Source: Patescibacteria group bacterium
Lineage (GTDB): Bacteria; Patescibacteriota; Microgenomatia; Levybacterales; UBA12049
Reading direction: 5' to 3'
Assembly: GCA_023473545.1 (NCBI GenBank)
Contig: JAMCXO010000013.1
Coordinates: 1-44,209 of the forward strand
DNA length: 44,209 nt
The position numbers and the translations under genes were made by a program. This document shows positions 16,911-29,085 of this stretch, one piece after another (positions within the stretch are counted from its first letter, which is position 1; each line of letters opens with the position of its first letter). Below the pieces are notes generated by a model. That model made no database searches and was not told the DNA's origin. It saw nothing but the letters and a program-made list of their open reading frames with translations.

Positions 16911-17867
16911 TTAGGCCAGAATGAGTGATAAAAGCGCCATTCTCAGATACATGCCGTTTTTTATCTGGGAGTCAAGGTATACGGCGCGGGAATCTTCATC
17001 AACCTCTTTTTCGATCTCGTCCAGTCGTGGCAGCGCATGCATGACAATGCTTTTTTTCTTCATTTTCATAAGGAGCTTATTGTCAACATTATATTTTCCA
17101 TGCATTTTATTGTAGATTTTGGCGCTCATGAATTCTTTTTTTATGCGGGTAACATATAAGACATCGGCTTTTTCAATAATGTTAGTCAGCGTAGCGCTTT
17201 CACTAAACCTGACGTTTCTTTCTTTTAGGTAATCCCTGGTTGCGGCCTGAAGCCTGCCTTGGGACGGTGAAACAAAGGCTATCTCCGTTTGGGGAAAAAG
17301 CGATAAAAGTTTTGCCAGGGAATTTACCGGTCTGTAGCGGCCGAGTTCCCCAAAAAAAACGACCCGCAGGCCGTCTGTTTGTCCCAGTTCGTCTTTAATG
17401 GTATAAAGATCGTAAAGGGCTTGAGTCGGGTGTTCTCCTATGCCGTCTCCGGCGTTTATTACCGGTATGGAGGCAATATCGGCCGCATGTTTAACAATGC
17501 CGGTTTCCGGATGGCGGATAACCAAGATATCGGCGTAAGACGAGAATACCTTGATTGTGTCTTCAAAACTTTCCCCCTTGGCAACAGATGTGGTTTGCAT
17601 ATTTGGCAGGGGAATTACCGAACCGCCTAGGCGCTCCATTCCCGACGCAAAAGAGGCGAATGTTCTTGTTGAAGGCTCAAAAAAAAGCGGCGCCATAATC
17701 TTGCGCCGCAGGGTATTTAATCCGCCCTTAGCAATTACCGTCTTTCTAATCCGATCCGTTTTTTTAAAAATAATCTCAATGTCTTCTCTTGAGAATTGGG
17801 AGCAATCAATAATATCTTTACCTTTAAACTCAATCTTTATCCCGTTATGGTGACTTTTGCTTCCCAT
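16911..17867 (-). CDS. pyrB: aspartate carbamoyltransferase catalytic subunit
   Basis: FFEPSTRT, SVAKGES, IRH, INAGDGIGEHPTQ, MHALPR; adjacent to carA/carB. Confidence 0.9.
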   Translation of the reverse strand: MGSKSHHNGIKIEFKGKDIIDCSQFSREDIEIIFKKTDRIRKTVIAKGGLNTLRRKIMAPLFFEPSTRTFASFASGMERLGGSVIPLPNMQTTSVAKGESFEDTIKVFSSYADILVIRHPETGIVKHAADIASIPVINAGDGIGEHPTQALYDLYTIKDELGQTDGLRVVFFGELGRYRPVNSLAKLLSLFPQTEIAFVSPSQGRLQAATRDYLKERNVRFSESATLTNIIEKADVLYVTRIKKEFMSAKIYNKMHGKYNVDNKLLMKMKKKSIVMHALPRLDEIEKEVDEDSRAVYLDSQIKNGMYLRMALLSLILA

Positions 17868-17931
17868 AAAAAATCCAGAGGTTTTTTGGTCTCCGGGATT
17901 TTAATTTAACAAATACCTTGTCTCTTGTCAA
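17868..17931 (-). promoter_or_regulatory. pyrB promoter with CCGG start region and RBS-occluding hairpin
   Basis: TTGACA(17931-17926)-17 nt-TAAATT(17908-17903), then AAAATC-CCGGAG-ACCAAAAAAC-CTCTGG-ATTTTTT-ATG. Confidence 0.7.
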
Positions 17932-18005
17932 GCCCCGAAATAGCCCGTCCTGACGACCCGTTCGGGGGTTTGCCCCGTTGCGTGTGCCATACTATTCCAT
18001 AGCCT

Positions 18006-18758
18006 ATGGATTCAGGAAATGAGTATAAGAACGAACCGGAACCAAGCAGCTGCGTTGCCGATCAGGCAGCGGGGTTACGATCGGAGACAGTAATGACCTG
18101 GCGTTCACCGCTAGTTCTTCTCGCCGTTGGGTTCGTCGCTGTTGTCTTGATTGGCGGAGGCGCCTATCTTGGCCTGAACCAAAGCCGATCTACACCGCAA
18201 CCAGGCAAAACAATGACGCCTGCCAGCCGCTCCCGCCCAGCAAGTAACACACCAACTACATCACCACTTACTCCAACCTGGGCAGTTTCAGCTCAACCCC
18301 TCTTCCACCATCCGGCTGCGGCATTACCCACTTTTGTCCCTCTTGCTCAAATCACCCCTGCTCCTGTTGACGTGTCTACGTGGAAGGTGTATTCTAACGC
18401 CTCCTGGGGTCTTTCCGTGCGCTACCCATCCGATTGGACTCTTAGCGCTGATCGAGCGAACCCTCAAACGTGGGTCGCCTTCTATCCTCCATCCTCGGAC
18501 CCCAAGCTCCCCTCTCCCAATATCAGCTTCTCCTACTGGTCAGACAAACCATATCCGGCTGGTCTCCCGCAGAACATAATTGTTGATGGGATTTCCGGAA
18601 ACGAATCTGAGACCCCATCTGGCCAGCTTGGCTACCCGGGAAGCTACGAGATCCGTCTTCCTTACCGAACGGGCATGCTGGATTTTTCTGTCTCTGAGGA
18701 TCTTGACCTGAAAAGCTTCCTCAAGGCGATGCTGACGACCTTGATTCTGAAGCCCTAG
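18006..18758 (+). CDS. membrane-anchored surface protein with Pro/Thr linker and PsbP-like C-terminal domain
   Basis: TM helix, PT-rich linker, STWKVYSNASWGLSVRYPSDW motif, ending in ML.TL...P; visibly GC-richer than neighbours. Confidence 0.65.
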   Translation: MDSGNEYKNEPEPSSCVADQAAGLRSETVMTWRSPLVLLAVGFVAVVLIGGGAYLGLNQSRSTPQPGKTMTPASRSRPASNTPTTSPLTPTWAVSAQPLFHHPAAALPTFVPLAQITPAPVDVSTWKVYSNASWGLSVRYPSDWTLSADRANPQTWVAFYPPSSDPKLPSPNISFSYWSDKPYPAGLPQNIIVDGISGNESETPSGQLGYPGSYEIRLPYRTGMLDFSVSEDLDLKSFLKAMLTTLILKP

Positions 18759-18778
18759 CGATCACTCTTTCCTTACAT

Positions 18779-18951
18779 GAAGCCATGCGCTTTAGCGCGT
18801 GGAGGAAGTTTGTCCACGTTCCTGTTTAGGTTGGTGTAAAATAAGGAAGTGAAGATAAAGGTACAAAGCGCATGTTGCCTATCAAACCCAGCACCATATA
18901 GTCTGGGTACCGAAATATCGAAGAAAAGTACTTGTCGCAGGGGTAAAAGAA
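18779..18951 (+). mobile_element. tnpA: IS200/IS605 remnant: end hairpin plus frameshifted, truncated tnpA 5' end
   Basis: Hairpin CCATGCGC-TTTA-GCGCGTGG (18783-18802). GTG 18849 MKIKVQ / AHVAYQTQHHIVWVPKYRRKVLVAGVKE with one extra A at 18865-18867. Confidence 0.8.
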
Positions 18952-19040
18952 ACTACATTTGAACTTTATGACTTTATTATAAACAATTTGGATATTGTAG
19001 ACAAATTCAATGAAGATATTAACTTGTATCTACTTTTAAA

Positions 19041-19572
19041 CTACGTACGTAAATCCTCAATAGTTAATTTGTCTAAAAGCTTGTGATAAAATTCGTATTT
19101 GTTTTTTTGATACTTCCTGAAAGATTTATCCTTTAGACTTTCTTTTAATTTTTCGTACTTTTTTCTTAACGATTTGTTTTTCGAGAGGGCTTCAAAAACA
19201 GCGATTTGTCTTCGCATTGATTCGGAGTTTGGGTCGGTTAAATACAACTCGATTTCGTGTCCTTCTGCCTCAAGCCTCCAAGTAATTGAATCCTTCTTGC
19301 TACTCTTAGGAGTTCCAAAGAGCTTAATTAAAAAAGGAGTGAATTTATTGAAATTTTCCGTGGAAGAAAAATATAAATATCAATATCTCCCTGTCCCGAT
19401 ATTTCCAATGCCGAGGCTCCCATATGTCTGGTCTCAAGATTGGAAGAGCCTGCCGTACTTTTTTAATTATGCCCTCAGCGATTTGGGTGATTTTTTTATC
19501 AAAAGGCTTGACAGTAACCTTTTTGTCTTCCGGTATCTTTTTTAGAAAATCTTCTTCATCCCAAGTAAGCAT
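19041..19572 (-). pseudogene. GrpB-like nucleotidyltransferase-fold gene with two frameshifts
   Basis: Adding one base at 19440-19441 and one at 19367-19371 gives a single ORF ...VKPFD...PNLETRHMGASALEISGQGDIDIYIF...ELYLTDP...YEKLK...Y..NKYEFY. Confidence 0.75.
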
Positions 19573-19640
19573 GTTTATAGTTTACCAAATTGACTTAATT
19601 ATACCCCTCTTGTCAAGCACCCAATTTGTTTGTTTCTGAC

Positions 19641-20474
19641 CTAGTCCGCCAGGTTTTTTAGGAGCATGGCCACATTTACAGGGCCTACTCCCCCGGGCGT
19701 TGGAGTATAAAAAGAAGCGATATCCTTGATTTCATTTTCATCATAGTCCCCGCAAAGTTTTCCGTTTTCATTATGGAGTCCTATACCGATTAGGATCACT
19801 CCTTTTTTAATTAAATTGGCTCTTATGACGGATTTTTTGCCGACAGCGGAAATGATAATATCGGCGTTCTTTAATAATTCTTTTTTGTTGCGGGTTTTGG
19901 TGTCAATTACATTTATATTTAATCCTTTCTTCCTAAAGAAATTTATAACCGGTCCTCCCCCCGTAGCCCCCTTGCCTATTATTAAAATATCTTTTGTTGA
20001 TAACCATCCAATAAATTTATGTATATTTTTATTGTTCGAATTGCGCGATGATCTAAAAATGTATTCTAAAATGTAATTTACTGCCAGGGCAATTGGAGAA
20101 TCGTATTTTGAATCGGGTCTGAAACCGTCAACATCCTTGTCCGCGGCAACAGCCATTATGATAGAATCTTTATCAAGATGTTTCGGTAAGGGCTGCTGGA
20201 TTATAATTCCGTTAACGGAAGAAGAATTTAATTTATTTATTAGCTTAATTATCGCGTCATCCTCTACCGATTCACGAAAGCGGTAGATGGTTGTTTGTAT
20301 GCCTAGGATTTGGGCTTTTTTTTCTTTTTGTCCGATGTAGGATTTTGAAGAAAGGTCACTGCCAATATAAATAATTGCCAGGCGCGGAATCTTGCCCCTT
20401 TTTCTAAGCTCATTTGTTTTCCTGCCCAGTCTTTTCAGAATGTTGCCGGCTAGGTTTTTGCCATTTAACATCAT
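19641..20474 (-). CDS. folD: bifunctional methylenetetrahydrofolate dehydrogenase/cyclohydrolase
   Basis: SY...[48 protein letters not shown] overlaps the gyrA stop. Confidence 0.9.
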   Translation of the reverse strand: MMLNGKNLAGNILKRLGRKTNELRKRGKIPRLAIIYIGSDLSSKSYIGQKEKKAQILGIQTTIYRFRESVEDDAIIKLINKLNSSSVNGIIIQQPLPKHLDKDSIIMAVAADKDVDGFRPDSKYDSPIALAVNYILEYIFRSSRNSNNKNIHKFIGWLSTKDILIIGKGATGGGPVINFFRKKGLNINVIDTKTRNKKELLKNADIIISAVGKKSVIRANLIKKGVILIGIGLHNENGKLCGDYDENEIKDIASFYTPTPGGVGPVNVAMLLKNLAD

Positions 20475-22945
20475 TGTTCTTTTTCGATACAACTGGCCGA
20501 AGCAACGTGGTCATTTGGGTTGGAAAATCTCATCAGTATCACGCCCTGTGTGTTTCTCGAGAGTTGCGGTATAGAGGAAAGCTCGAGTTTAACCACCTGT
20601 CCTTTTTGCGATGTGATGATAATTTGCGTTGCCTTCTCCGGGACTACCTGGACAAACGCAGCCCTGCCTGTTTTTGGGGTAATCTTTGCCACTTTTATTC
20701 CCTGTCCTCCCCTTCCCTGTCCCCTGAATTCACTGGTTGAGGTTTTTTTGCCCAGCCCGTTATCCATAATTGTTAAGAGGTCGGGTTTCGCGTTTTTGTC
20801 CACAACATCCATGCCTATGACAATGTCTTTTTCCCGAAGTTTTATCCCCCGAACGCCTGTGGTGCTGCGTCCCATTGGCCTGACAGCCGTTTCCGAAAAT
20901 CTGATCGCTTTTCCTTCGTGTGTTGTTAAGATAACATCCTGATTGCCGTTGGTTAATCTGCTCCATGCCAGCTCATCGCCTTTGGCAAGGGTTATGGCGG
21001 CAATGCCGTTTCTCCGTATGTTTTCAAATTCGGTTATGGCGGTTTTTTTGACCGTGCCTTTTTTAGTGGTCAGAAATATATATTGTCCGTTAGACGGATT
21101 TTTCTCTCTGTTTTTAACAGAGTAATTAATAAATGATTCAACCCTTTCTCCCTGCTCGATATTTATAAGATTTACAATGGCGGTTCCTTTACTGGTTCTG
21201 TTGCTGTCCGTGATTTCAAAGGCCCTTAGCTGGTAGGCTTTCCCTTTGTTGGTAAAAAAGAGTATATTGTCGTGGGTCTGAGCGTAACGGATTGAGAATA
21301 TACCGTCCTCATCCTTGGTGGTCATGCCTTTTATTCCTTTTCCTCCTCTTTGCTGCACCCTAAAACTGCCAAGGCTTTGCCTTTTTATATACCCTGTGTT
21401 GGTTATGGTTATAACAGTTGGTTCGTTTTGGATAAGATCTTCTTCGGAAAACTCCCCTACCTTTCCCTTAAAAACCCTTGTCCGGCGCGGATCCTGATAC
21501 TTTTCTTTTAGATTTTGCAGTTCGTGTTTTATAACAGTTAAAATTTCCCCTGAGTGGGAAAGGAGTTTTTCTAAATACTCAATCGTTTCTTTAATCATTT
21601 GATATTCATCTTCCAGTTTTTGCCTCTCAAGCGCCGCCAGGCGGCGAAGCTGCATGTCCAGGATCGCGGTTGCCTGAAGGGGAGAGAGTTTAAAGCGCTC
21701 CATAAGGTTTGTTTTTGCTTCTTCCTGGGTTTTTGATGCCCTGATCAGTTTTATAACAGCATCTATATTGTCAACCGCGATCTTTAGCCCCTCCAGTATA
21801 TGGAGCCTTGATTTCGCCTCCCGCAGTTCGAACTCCGACCTTCTTTTAACTATAAGAAATCTATGCCTTAGGTATTCTTCCAGGATGGATTTAAGGTTAA
21901 GAGTTTGAGGAGTGCCGTCTACCAAAGCGACTAAATTTGCCGGAAACACGGTTTGCAGACTGGTATTTTTAAAAAGATTATTGAGAACCTTTTTGGGAGA
22001 AGCGTCCCGTTTTAGCTCCACCATTATTCTGATGCCGTGTCTGTCCGATTCGTCCCGAAGATCTGTTATGCCTTCGATTTTTTTGTCCTTGGCCAACTCA
22101 GCGATCCGGGCAACCAAAAGGGCCTTGTTGACTTGGTATGGAAGCTCCGTGATGATAATAGCCGATTTTCCGTTGCCGATTTCCTCGATTTCCGCTTTTC
22201 CCCTGATAGTAATTTTGCCTTTGCCGCTTGTATAAACGTTTTTAATCTCGTTGAGATCATAAATTGCCCCGTGGGTTGGGAAGTCGGGTCCTTTTATAAA
22301 TTCCAGAAGCTCGTCAATGGTAACGGAGGAGGTTAAAGCGGAAGGATCCGTTTTCCCGATCATAAATACCAAAGCGTCAACCACCTCCGCCAGATTATGA
22401 GGAGGAATCTTGGTTGCCATGCCCACGGCAATTCCTTCACTGCCCATGAGTAAAAGATTAGGCAGTTTTCCTGGCAGAAAGGTTGGTTCTTTGAGGCTCG
22501 CGTCAAAGTTTGGCAGATGGTCCACGGTTTCTTTGTCTATGTCAAAAAGCATCTCCGCTGTTATGGCGGAAAGCCGCGCCTCCGTGTAGCGCATTGCTGC
22601 CGGGGGGTCGCCGTCCAGGGAACCAAAATTTCCCTGCCCGTCTATCAACGGGTAGCGCATAGAAAAGTCTTGAGCTAAGCGAACAAGCGCGTCATAGATA
22701 GGCATGTCGCCATGGGGATGATATTTTCCCATCACCTCGCCGACAATCTTGGCGCTTTTGGCGTACTTGGCGCTGTGGGCTAAACTCATTTCATGCATGG
22801 CATAAAGGATTCTGCGGTGCACCGGTTTTAGCCCGTCCCGAACATCGGGCAGGGCGCGGGCGACAATCACGGACATGGCGTAGTCAAGGTACGCCCGCTT
22901 CATCTCGATAGTTATTTCTGTTTTTGCAAGTTTACCAATATCCAT
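20471..22945 (-). CDS. gyrA: DNA gyrase subunit A
   Basis: [42 protein letters not shown], GyrA-box QQRGGKG, beta-pinwheel repeats. Confidence 0.98.
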   Translation of the reverse strand: MDIGKLAKTEITIEMKRAYLDYAMSVIVARALPDVRDGLKPVHRRILYAMHEMSLAHSAKYAKSAKIVGEVMGKYHPHGDMPIYDALVRLAQDFSMRYPLIDGQGNFGSLDGDPPAAMRYTEARLSAITAEMLFDIDKETVDHLPNFDASLKEPTFLPGKLPNLLLMGSEGIAVGMATKIPPHNLAEVVDALVFMIGKTDPSALTSSVTIDELLEFIKGPDFPTHGAIYDLNEIKNVYTSGKGKITIRGKAEIEEIGNGKSAIIITELPYQVNKALLVARIAELAKDKKIEGITDLRDESDRHGIRIMVELKRDASPKKVLNNLFKNTSLQTVFPANLVALVDGTPQTLNLKSILEEYLRHRFLIVKRRSEFELREAKSRLHILEGLKIAVDNIDAVIKLIRASKTQEEAKTNLMERFKLSPLQATAILDMQLRRLAALERQKLEDEYQMIKETIEYLEKLLSHSGEILTVIKHELQNLKEKYQDPRRTRVFKGKVGEFSEEDLIQNEPTVITITNTGYIKRQSLGSFRVQQRGGKGIKGMTTKDEDGIFSIRYAQTHDNILFFTNKGKAYQLRAFEITDSNRTSKGTAIVNLINIEQGERVESFINYSVKNREKNPSNGQYIFLTTKKGTVKKTAITEFENIRRNGIAAITLAKGDELAWSRLTNGNQDVILTTHEGKAIRFSETAVRPMGRSTTGVRGIKLREKDIVIGMDVVDKNAKPDLLTIMDNGLGKKTSTSEFRGQGRGGQGIKVAKITPKTGRAAFVQVVPEKATQIIITSQKGQVVKLELSSIPQLSRNTQGVILMRFSNPNDHVASASCIEKEQ

Positions 22946-23019
22946 AACAAGAAAAATTTCTAATTTTTAATTCCTGCTTTTTAAGCAAATCCAATTTTTT
23001 AAAAATTTCAAATTAAAAA

Positions 23020-23532
23020 TTATTTAACAGATCTTTTTACCGCTTTGATTGCCGCTTCTTTTCCTTTCCACTCTTTTATTTTTACCCACTTGCCCGGTTC
23101 TAAGGTCTTGTAGTTTTCAAAAAAATGCCTTATTTTATTTTTTAGCGAATCAGGCAGGGTATCTATTGTCAGTTCTCCATAAAAAGGATCAGCTTTTTTG
23201 GCCGGGACAGCCAGAATCTTAGTGTCAATTCCGGCCTCATCCTCCATTTCAAGCATGCCTATTACTATTGAGGGTATAACGCTGCCGGGCATTAGAGCCT
23301 GTTCACTTAAAACCAGCGCGTCAATCGGATCCCCGTCTTCGGCAAGAGTGTTTGGAATAAAGCCGTAATTAAACGGATAATTCATTGCCGTATATAAAAA
23401 TCTGTCTACAAAAATTACTCCACTTTTTTTGTCCAATTCGTACTTTATGTTTGAATCTTTCGGTATTTCCACCAGAATATTGACCTCGCCTTGGTCGGGA
23501 TTTTTGCCGATTGAAATTTTTTTAATATCCAT
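23020..23532 (-). CDS. ppa: family I inorganic pyrophosphatase
   Basis: EIPK...KYE, DRFL, YPFNYGFIPNTLAEDGDPID, DEAG.D.K, HFFENYK.LEPGKW. Confidence 0.95.
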   Translation of the reverse strand: MDIKKISIGKNPDQGEVNILVEIPKDSNIKYELDKKSGVIFVDRFLYTAMNYPFNYGFIPNTLAEDGDPIDALVLSEQALMPGSVIPSIVIGMLEMEDEAGIDTKILAVPAKKADPFYGELTIDTLPDSLKNKIRHFFENYKTLEPGKWVKIKEWKGKEAAIKAVKRSVK

Positions 23533-23546
23533 TTTTCTCACCCCCT

Positions 23547-25505
<1,959 letters not shown>

Positions 25506-25563
25506 CTATATTATCATAATAACAAATACTTAGGCAATTTTCTATAGAAGTTTTTGAGAGATT

Positions 25564-26220
25564 CTATGAGATTTTGAGAAGGAAGTGTTCAATGGCCAGC
25601 CTGGGGTTAACATTGGTTGTTTTGATTAGGGTATAGATCTTCTGTCCCTCGGGCAGTATCATTTTGGCGAAATTCGTCTCTCTGTTTTTGATGAGTTCCG
25701 TTTCCGCTTCTTTTATCACCTGTTCAACAAAAATAAGCGCTGTTTCTTTGGTTTTTCCATTATCCTGGGCTAATTTCAGTTTTTTGTTAATATCCGCTGA
25801 TAATACCGTATTCAGCTTTTCTTCAAACCCCTGTCCTTTTTCTTCCGATAATCTTTTTCGCTCGTCTCTGATTCTTACAACCTCGCATCTTGACACAACC
25901 GTCGGCAGCAGATTTTCAAGACTTTCGGCCAAAAGAACTATAAACGCGCTGTCGGGGGGCTCCTCAAGTGTTTTAAGAAGGGCGTTTTGAGCCTCGATTG
26001 TCAGAAGATCGGCATTTTCTATAACAACTATTTTTTTGTTTCCTTTGCCCGGGGTAAGAAAAATTGTTTCTTTAATTCTTCTTGCCTCTCCTATTCCGAT
26101 AGAGCTCTCCCCCACTATTTTTGATACCTCAAACCTTGAAATCCCGTATTTTTCTCGGATTTTTTCTATATATTTTTGGCTTTTTTCTTTGCTGTTTGCG
26201 GCAATAAGGATACTCTTCAT
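25564..26220 (-). CDS. holB: short DNA polymerase III delta-prime-like clamp loader subunit
   Basis: IENADLLTIEAQNALLKTLEEPP, LLPTVVSRC; Walker A absent. Confidence 0.75.
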   Translation of the reverse strand: MKSILIAANSKEKSQKYIEKIREKYGISRFEVSKIVGESSIGIGEARRIKETIFLTPGKGNKKIVVIENADLLTIEAQNALLKTLEEPPDSAFIVLLAESLENLLPTVVSRCEVVRIRDERKRLSEEKGQGFEEKLNTVLSADINKKLKLAQDNGKTKETALIFVEQVIKEAETELIKNRETNFAKMILPEGQKIYTLIKTTNVNPRLAIEHFLLKIS

Positions 26221-26225
26221 CTTCC

Positions 26226-26254
26226 TTGACAGTATAGTCTATTTTACGTATTAT
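26226..26254 (+). promoter_or_regulatory. promoter of the pilB-pilT-pilC operon in a 41-bp divergent intergenic region
   Basis: TTGACA(26226)-17 nt-TATTAT(26249-26254), ATG 7 nt later; overlapping TATACT on the minus strand at 26236-26231. Confidence 0.7.
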
Positions 26255-26261
26255 TTAAATA

Positions 26262-28019
26262 ATGCCTACTGCTTACGCCAATAGCATTTCCCCTTCCGCG
26301 GCCGGGTCAGGCACGGAGGGTCCTAAGACTATTCTCGACATTCTTTTGTCGGAAAATTTAATAACCTCAGAAAAGTACCAGGAAATAAAGGTAAAAAGCA
26401 TCAATGAGGAGAAGCCCTTGGATCAGATACTGGAATCGCAGAATATTGTTCCGGAGGAAAAAATAGTTGAGGCAAAAGCCAGGCTTTTGGGAATACCGTT
26501 TATTTCCTTATCCAACGCGACCTTTAATCCGCAGGCCTTAAGCTATGTGCCAAGAGCCGTTGCCGAGCGTTTTTCCATTATCCCCTTTTTCTTTGATGAA
26601 CGCACCGGCACGCTGTTTCTGGCCATGAGCAATCCCGTTGATCTTGAGGCAGCCTCTTTTGTTAAACAAAGAACAGGTCTAAACGTTAAAACCTTTGCCG
26701 CCTCAAAATCGGATGTGGAATCGGCCATTTTTAAGGAGTACAGGCAGGAATTGGTCGGAGAAGTGGGGGCGGCCCTAAAAGAAACGGAAAACGTTACCCC
26801 TTCGGTAAAGACAATCAAAAGCAGTAATATCGCCCAAATTATTAAAGAAGCGCCTATCGCCAAGATTGTTTCAACCATACTGGAGTATGCTGTTACAAGC
26901 AGGGCCTCCGATGTGCATATAGAGCCTTTAGAAGACAGGGTAAGGGTTAGATACAGAATAGACGGTATCCTTTATGACAGGCTTAGTCTTCCCAGGGTAG
27001 TTCAGGAGTCTCTTGTCTCCAGGATAAAAATTCTATCCCAGTTAAAAATTGACGAGCATAGAATCCCCCAGGATGGAAGATTTAATTTTAAATTCGGGAG
27101 GGAGGAGGTTGACCTTCGTATCTCTATTCTGCCTACCGTGTATGGGGAAAAAATAGTCATGAGGCTTCTTAGAAAATCAGGAGGAGTTCCCACCCTGGCG
27201 GAGTTGGGATTGGAAGGGCCCAGTCTTAAAAATCTGGAAACCGCTATTCTTAGACCCCACGGCATTATTATAGTCTGCGGACCAACAGGGTCGGGTAAAA
27301 CAACCACCCTTTACTCGGTCCTTTTTAGACTGAATACAACCAGGGTTAATATTATGTCGCTTGAAGACCCCGTGGAATACCAGATTCCGGGGGTTAATCA
27401 GGTTCAGATAAACCCGAATGTCGGGCTGACGTTCGCAACAGGGCTTAGGGCGTTTCTGCGTCAGGATCCAAACATTATTCTGGTTGGGGAAATACGCGAT
27501 AAGGAAACAACCGAACTATCCCTGCAGGCCGCCCTAACAGGGCATTTGGTCTTTTCAACCCTTCACACCTCAAACGCGGCCGGGGCGCTTCCCCGTCTTC
27601 TGGATTTGGGAGCCGAAAGTTTTCTTTTGGCATCAACCATGAATGCCTTAGTCGGACAAAGAATTGTCCGCAAGACATGCTCATTCTGTAAAATTGCCTA
27701 CTCCCCGCCCCCGGCCATCCTCGAAGAGGTCAAAAGCACCCTGGGTAGCCTTTTGCCGGACCCGACCGATTTAAAGTTTTATAAAGGCAAGGGGTGTTCC
27801 CAGTGCGAGAATTTAGGCTATATGGGCAGGATTGGTATTTTTGAGGTATTGCCTGTTAGCGAGCGAATTGCTAGACTTGTACTTGAACATCCGGATAGTG
27901 ATACAATAGAAAAAGAGGCAATAGAGGAAGGAATGATTACGATGAAAAGGGACGGATACCTAAAAGTACTTAAGGGATTAACAACCATCGAGGAGGTAAT
28001 AAGGGTTGCCCAGGAGTAA
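26262..28019 (+). CDS. pilB: type IV pilus assembly ATPase (PilB/GspE)
   Basis: ASDVHIEP, PQDGRF, GPTGSGKTTT, LRQDPNIILVGEIRD, TGHLVFSTLH, tetracysteine motif. Confidence 0.95.
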   Translation: MPTAYANSISPSAAGSGTEGPKTILDILLSENLITSEKYQEIKVKSINEEKPLDQILESQNIVPEEKIVEAKARLLGIPFISLSNATFNPQALSYVPRAVAERFSIIPFFFDERTGTLFLAMSNPVDLEAASFVKQRTGLNVKTFAASKSDVESAIFKEYRQELVGEVGAALKETENVTPSVKTIKSSNIAQIIKEAPIAKIVSTILEYAVTSRASDVHIEPLEDRVRVRYRIDGILYDRLSLPRVVQESLVSRIKILSQLKIDEHRIPQDGRFNFKFGREEVDLRISILPTVYGEKIVMRLLRKSGGVPTLAELGLEGPSLKNLETAILRPHGIIIVCGPTGSGKTTTLYSVLFRLNTTRVNIMSLEDPVEYQIPGVNQVQINPNVGLTFATGLRAFLRQDPNIILVGEIRDKETTELSLQAALTGHLVFSTLHTSNAAGALPRLLDLGAESFLLASTMNALVGQRIVRKTCSFCKIAYSPPPAILEEVKSTLGSLLPDPTDLKFYKGKGCSQCENLGYMGRIGIFEVLPVSERIARLVLEHPDSDTIEKEAIEEGMITMKRDGYLKVLKGLTTIEEVIRVAQE

Positions 28020-28021
28020 AT

Positions 28022-29083
28022 ATGAATATTCAGGATCTTTTAAGCTTAACAATTAAAAATAACGCTTCGGATCTTCATTTGCTTTCCTCTGTTCCGCCGG
28101 TTCTTCGCATAGACGGTTCCCTTTCGTATATAGGCAACCTGTCCCCCCTGACGGTCCGGGACATAGAGGCGATGGTTTTTTCCATTATTACTCCTGAGCA
28201 AAAAGAACTTCTGTCAACCAACAAGGAACTGGATTTTTCGGTTGGGTTTAGTCTTAATGAAACAACAGGCCGTTTTAGGGTCAACGCCTACTTTGAAAAG
28301 GGGTCTCTGGCTGTTGCCTTTCGTTTTCTCTCCTCAAGCATAAGGACGCTGGAGGAGTTAAAACTGCCAAAAGTGCTCCACAGCTTTGCCTCTTTAAAGC
28401 AGGGCTTGGTTTTAGTCGCGGGACCCACCGGTCATGGCAAGTCAACCACCCTTGCCTCAATCATTAACGAGATTAATTTAAACAAGGCCTCCCATATCTT
28501 AACCATCGAAGATCCGGTGGAGTATGTTTATCCAAAAGGGAAAAGCATAGTTTCCCAAAGAGAGCTTAGCATTGATACCCATTCGTGGGCGATGGCCCTT
28601 AGATCCGCGTTAAGGGAGGATCCTGATGTTGTTTTGGTTGGCGAGATGCGGGATCCCGAAACCATGGAGGCGGCCATCACCATCGCGGAGACAGGACATG
28701 TGGTCTTTTCAACCCTTCACACCAACTCCGCTTCGCAAAGCATAGACAGAATTGTCGGGGTTTTTCCTCCTTACCAGCAGCCCCAGATTAGAATTCAGTT
28801 AGCCGCCACTTTAAAGGGCATTGTTTCTCAGCGTCTGATGCCCCAGATAGCAGGCGGAAGGGTGCCGGCGGTTGAGGTTTTGGTCGGCACACCGGCTGTT
28901 GCCAGCAATATCAGAGACGGAAAAACCCATTTAATAGATTCTATTATTCAAACATCGCAGGACGCGGGCATGATTACCCTGGAATCAAGCCTTGCCTCTT
29001 TGGTTTTGGCAGGATCCATAACCTTGGAAATGGCAAGATCTTACGCTCTCCATCAAGAGGAACTCCTTAGAATGGTCGGTTAA
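28022..29083 (+). CDS. pilT: type IV pilus retraction ATPase
   Basis: ASDLHL, GPTGHGKSTT, LREDPDVVLVGEMRD, AETGH, SNIRDGKTH. Confidence 0.95.
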   Translation: MNIQDLLSLTIKNNASDLHLLSSVPPVLRIDGSLSYIGNLSPLTVRDIEAMVFSIITPEQKELLSTNKELDFSVGFSLNETTGRFRVNAYFEKGSLAVAFRFLSSSIRTLEELKLPKVLHSFASLKQGLVLVAGPTGHGKSTTLASIINEINLNKASHILTIEDPVEYVYPKGKSIVSQRELSIDTHSWAMALRSALREDPDVVLVGEMRDPETMEAAITIAETGHVVFSTLHTNSASQSIDRIVGVFPPYQQPQIRIQLAATLKGIVSQRLMPQIAGGRVPAVEVLVGTPAVASNIRDGKTHLIDSIIQTSQDAGMITLESSLASLVLAGSITLEMARSYALHQEELLRMVG

Positions 29084-29085
29084 TT

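Noticed and set aside
19174..19639. Plus-strand ORFs of 123 and 71 aa, and the many antisense ORFs over gyrA, gyrB, carB and the pil genes
   Set aside because: Shadow frames of real genes or of the GrpB-like pseudogene; no motifs.
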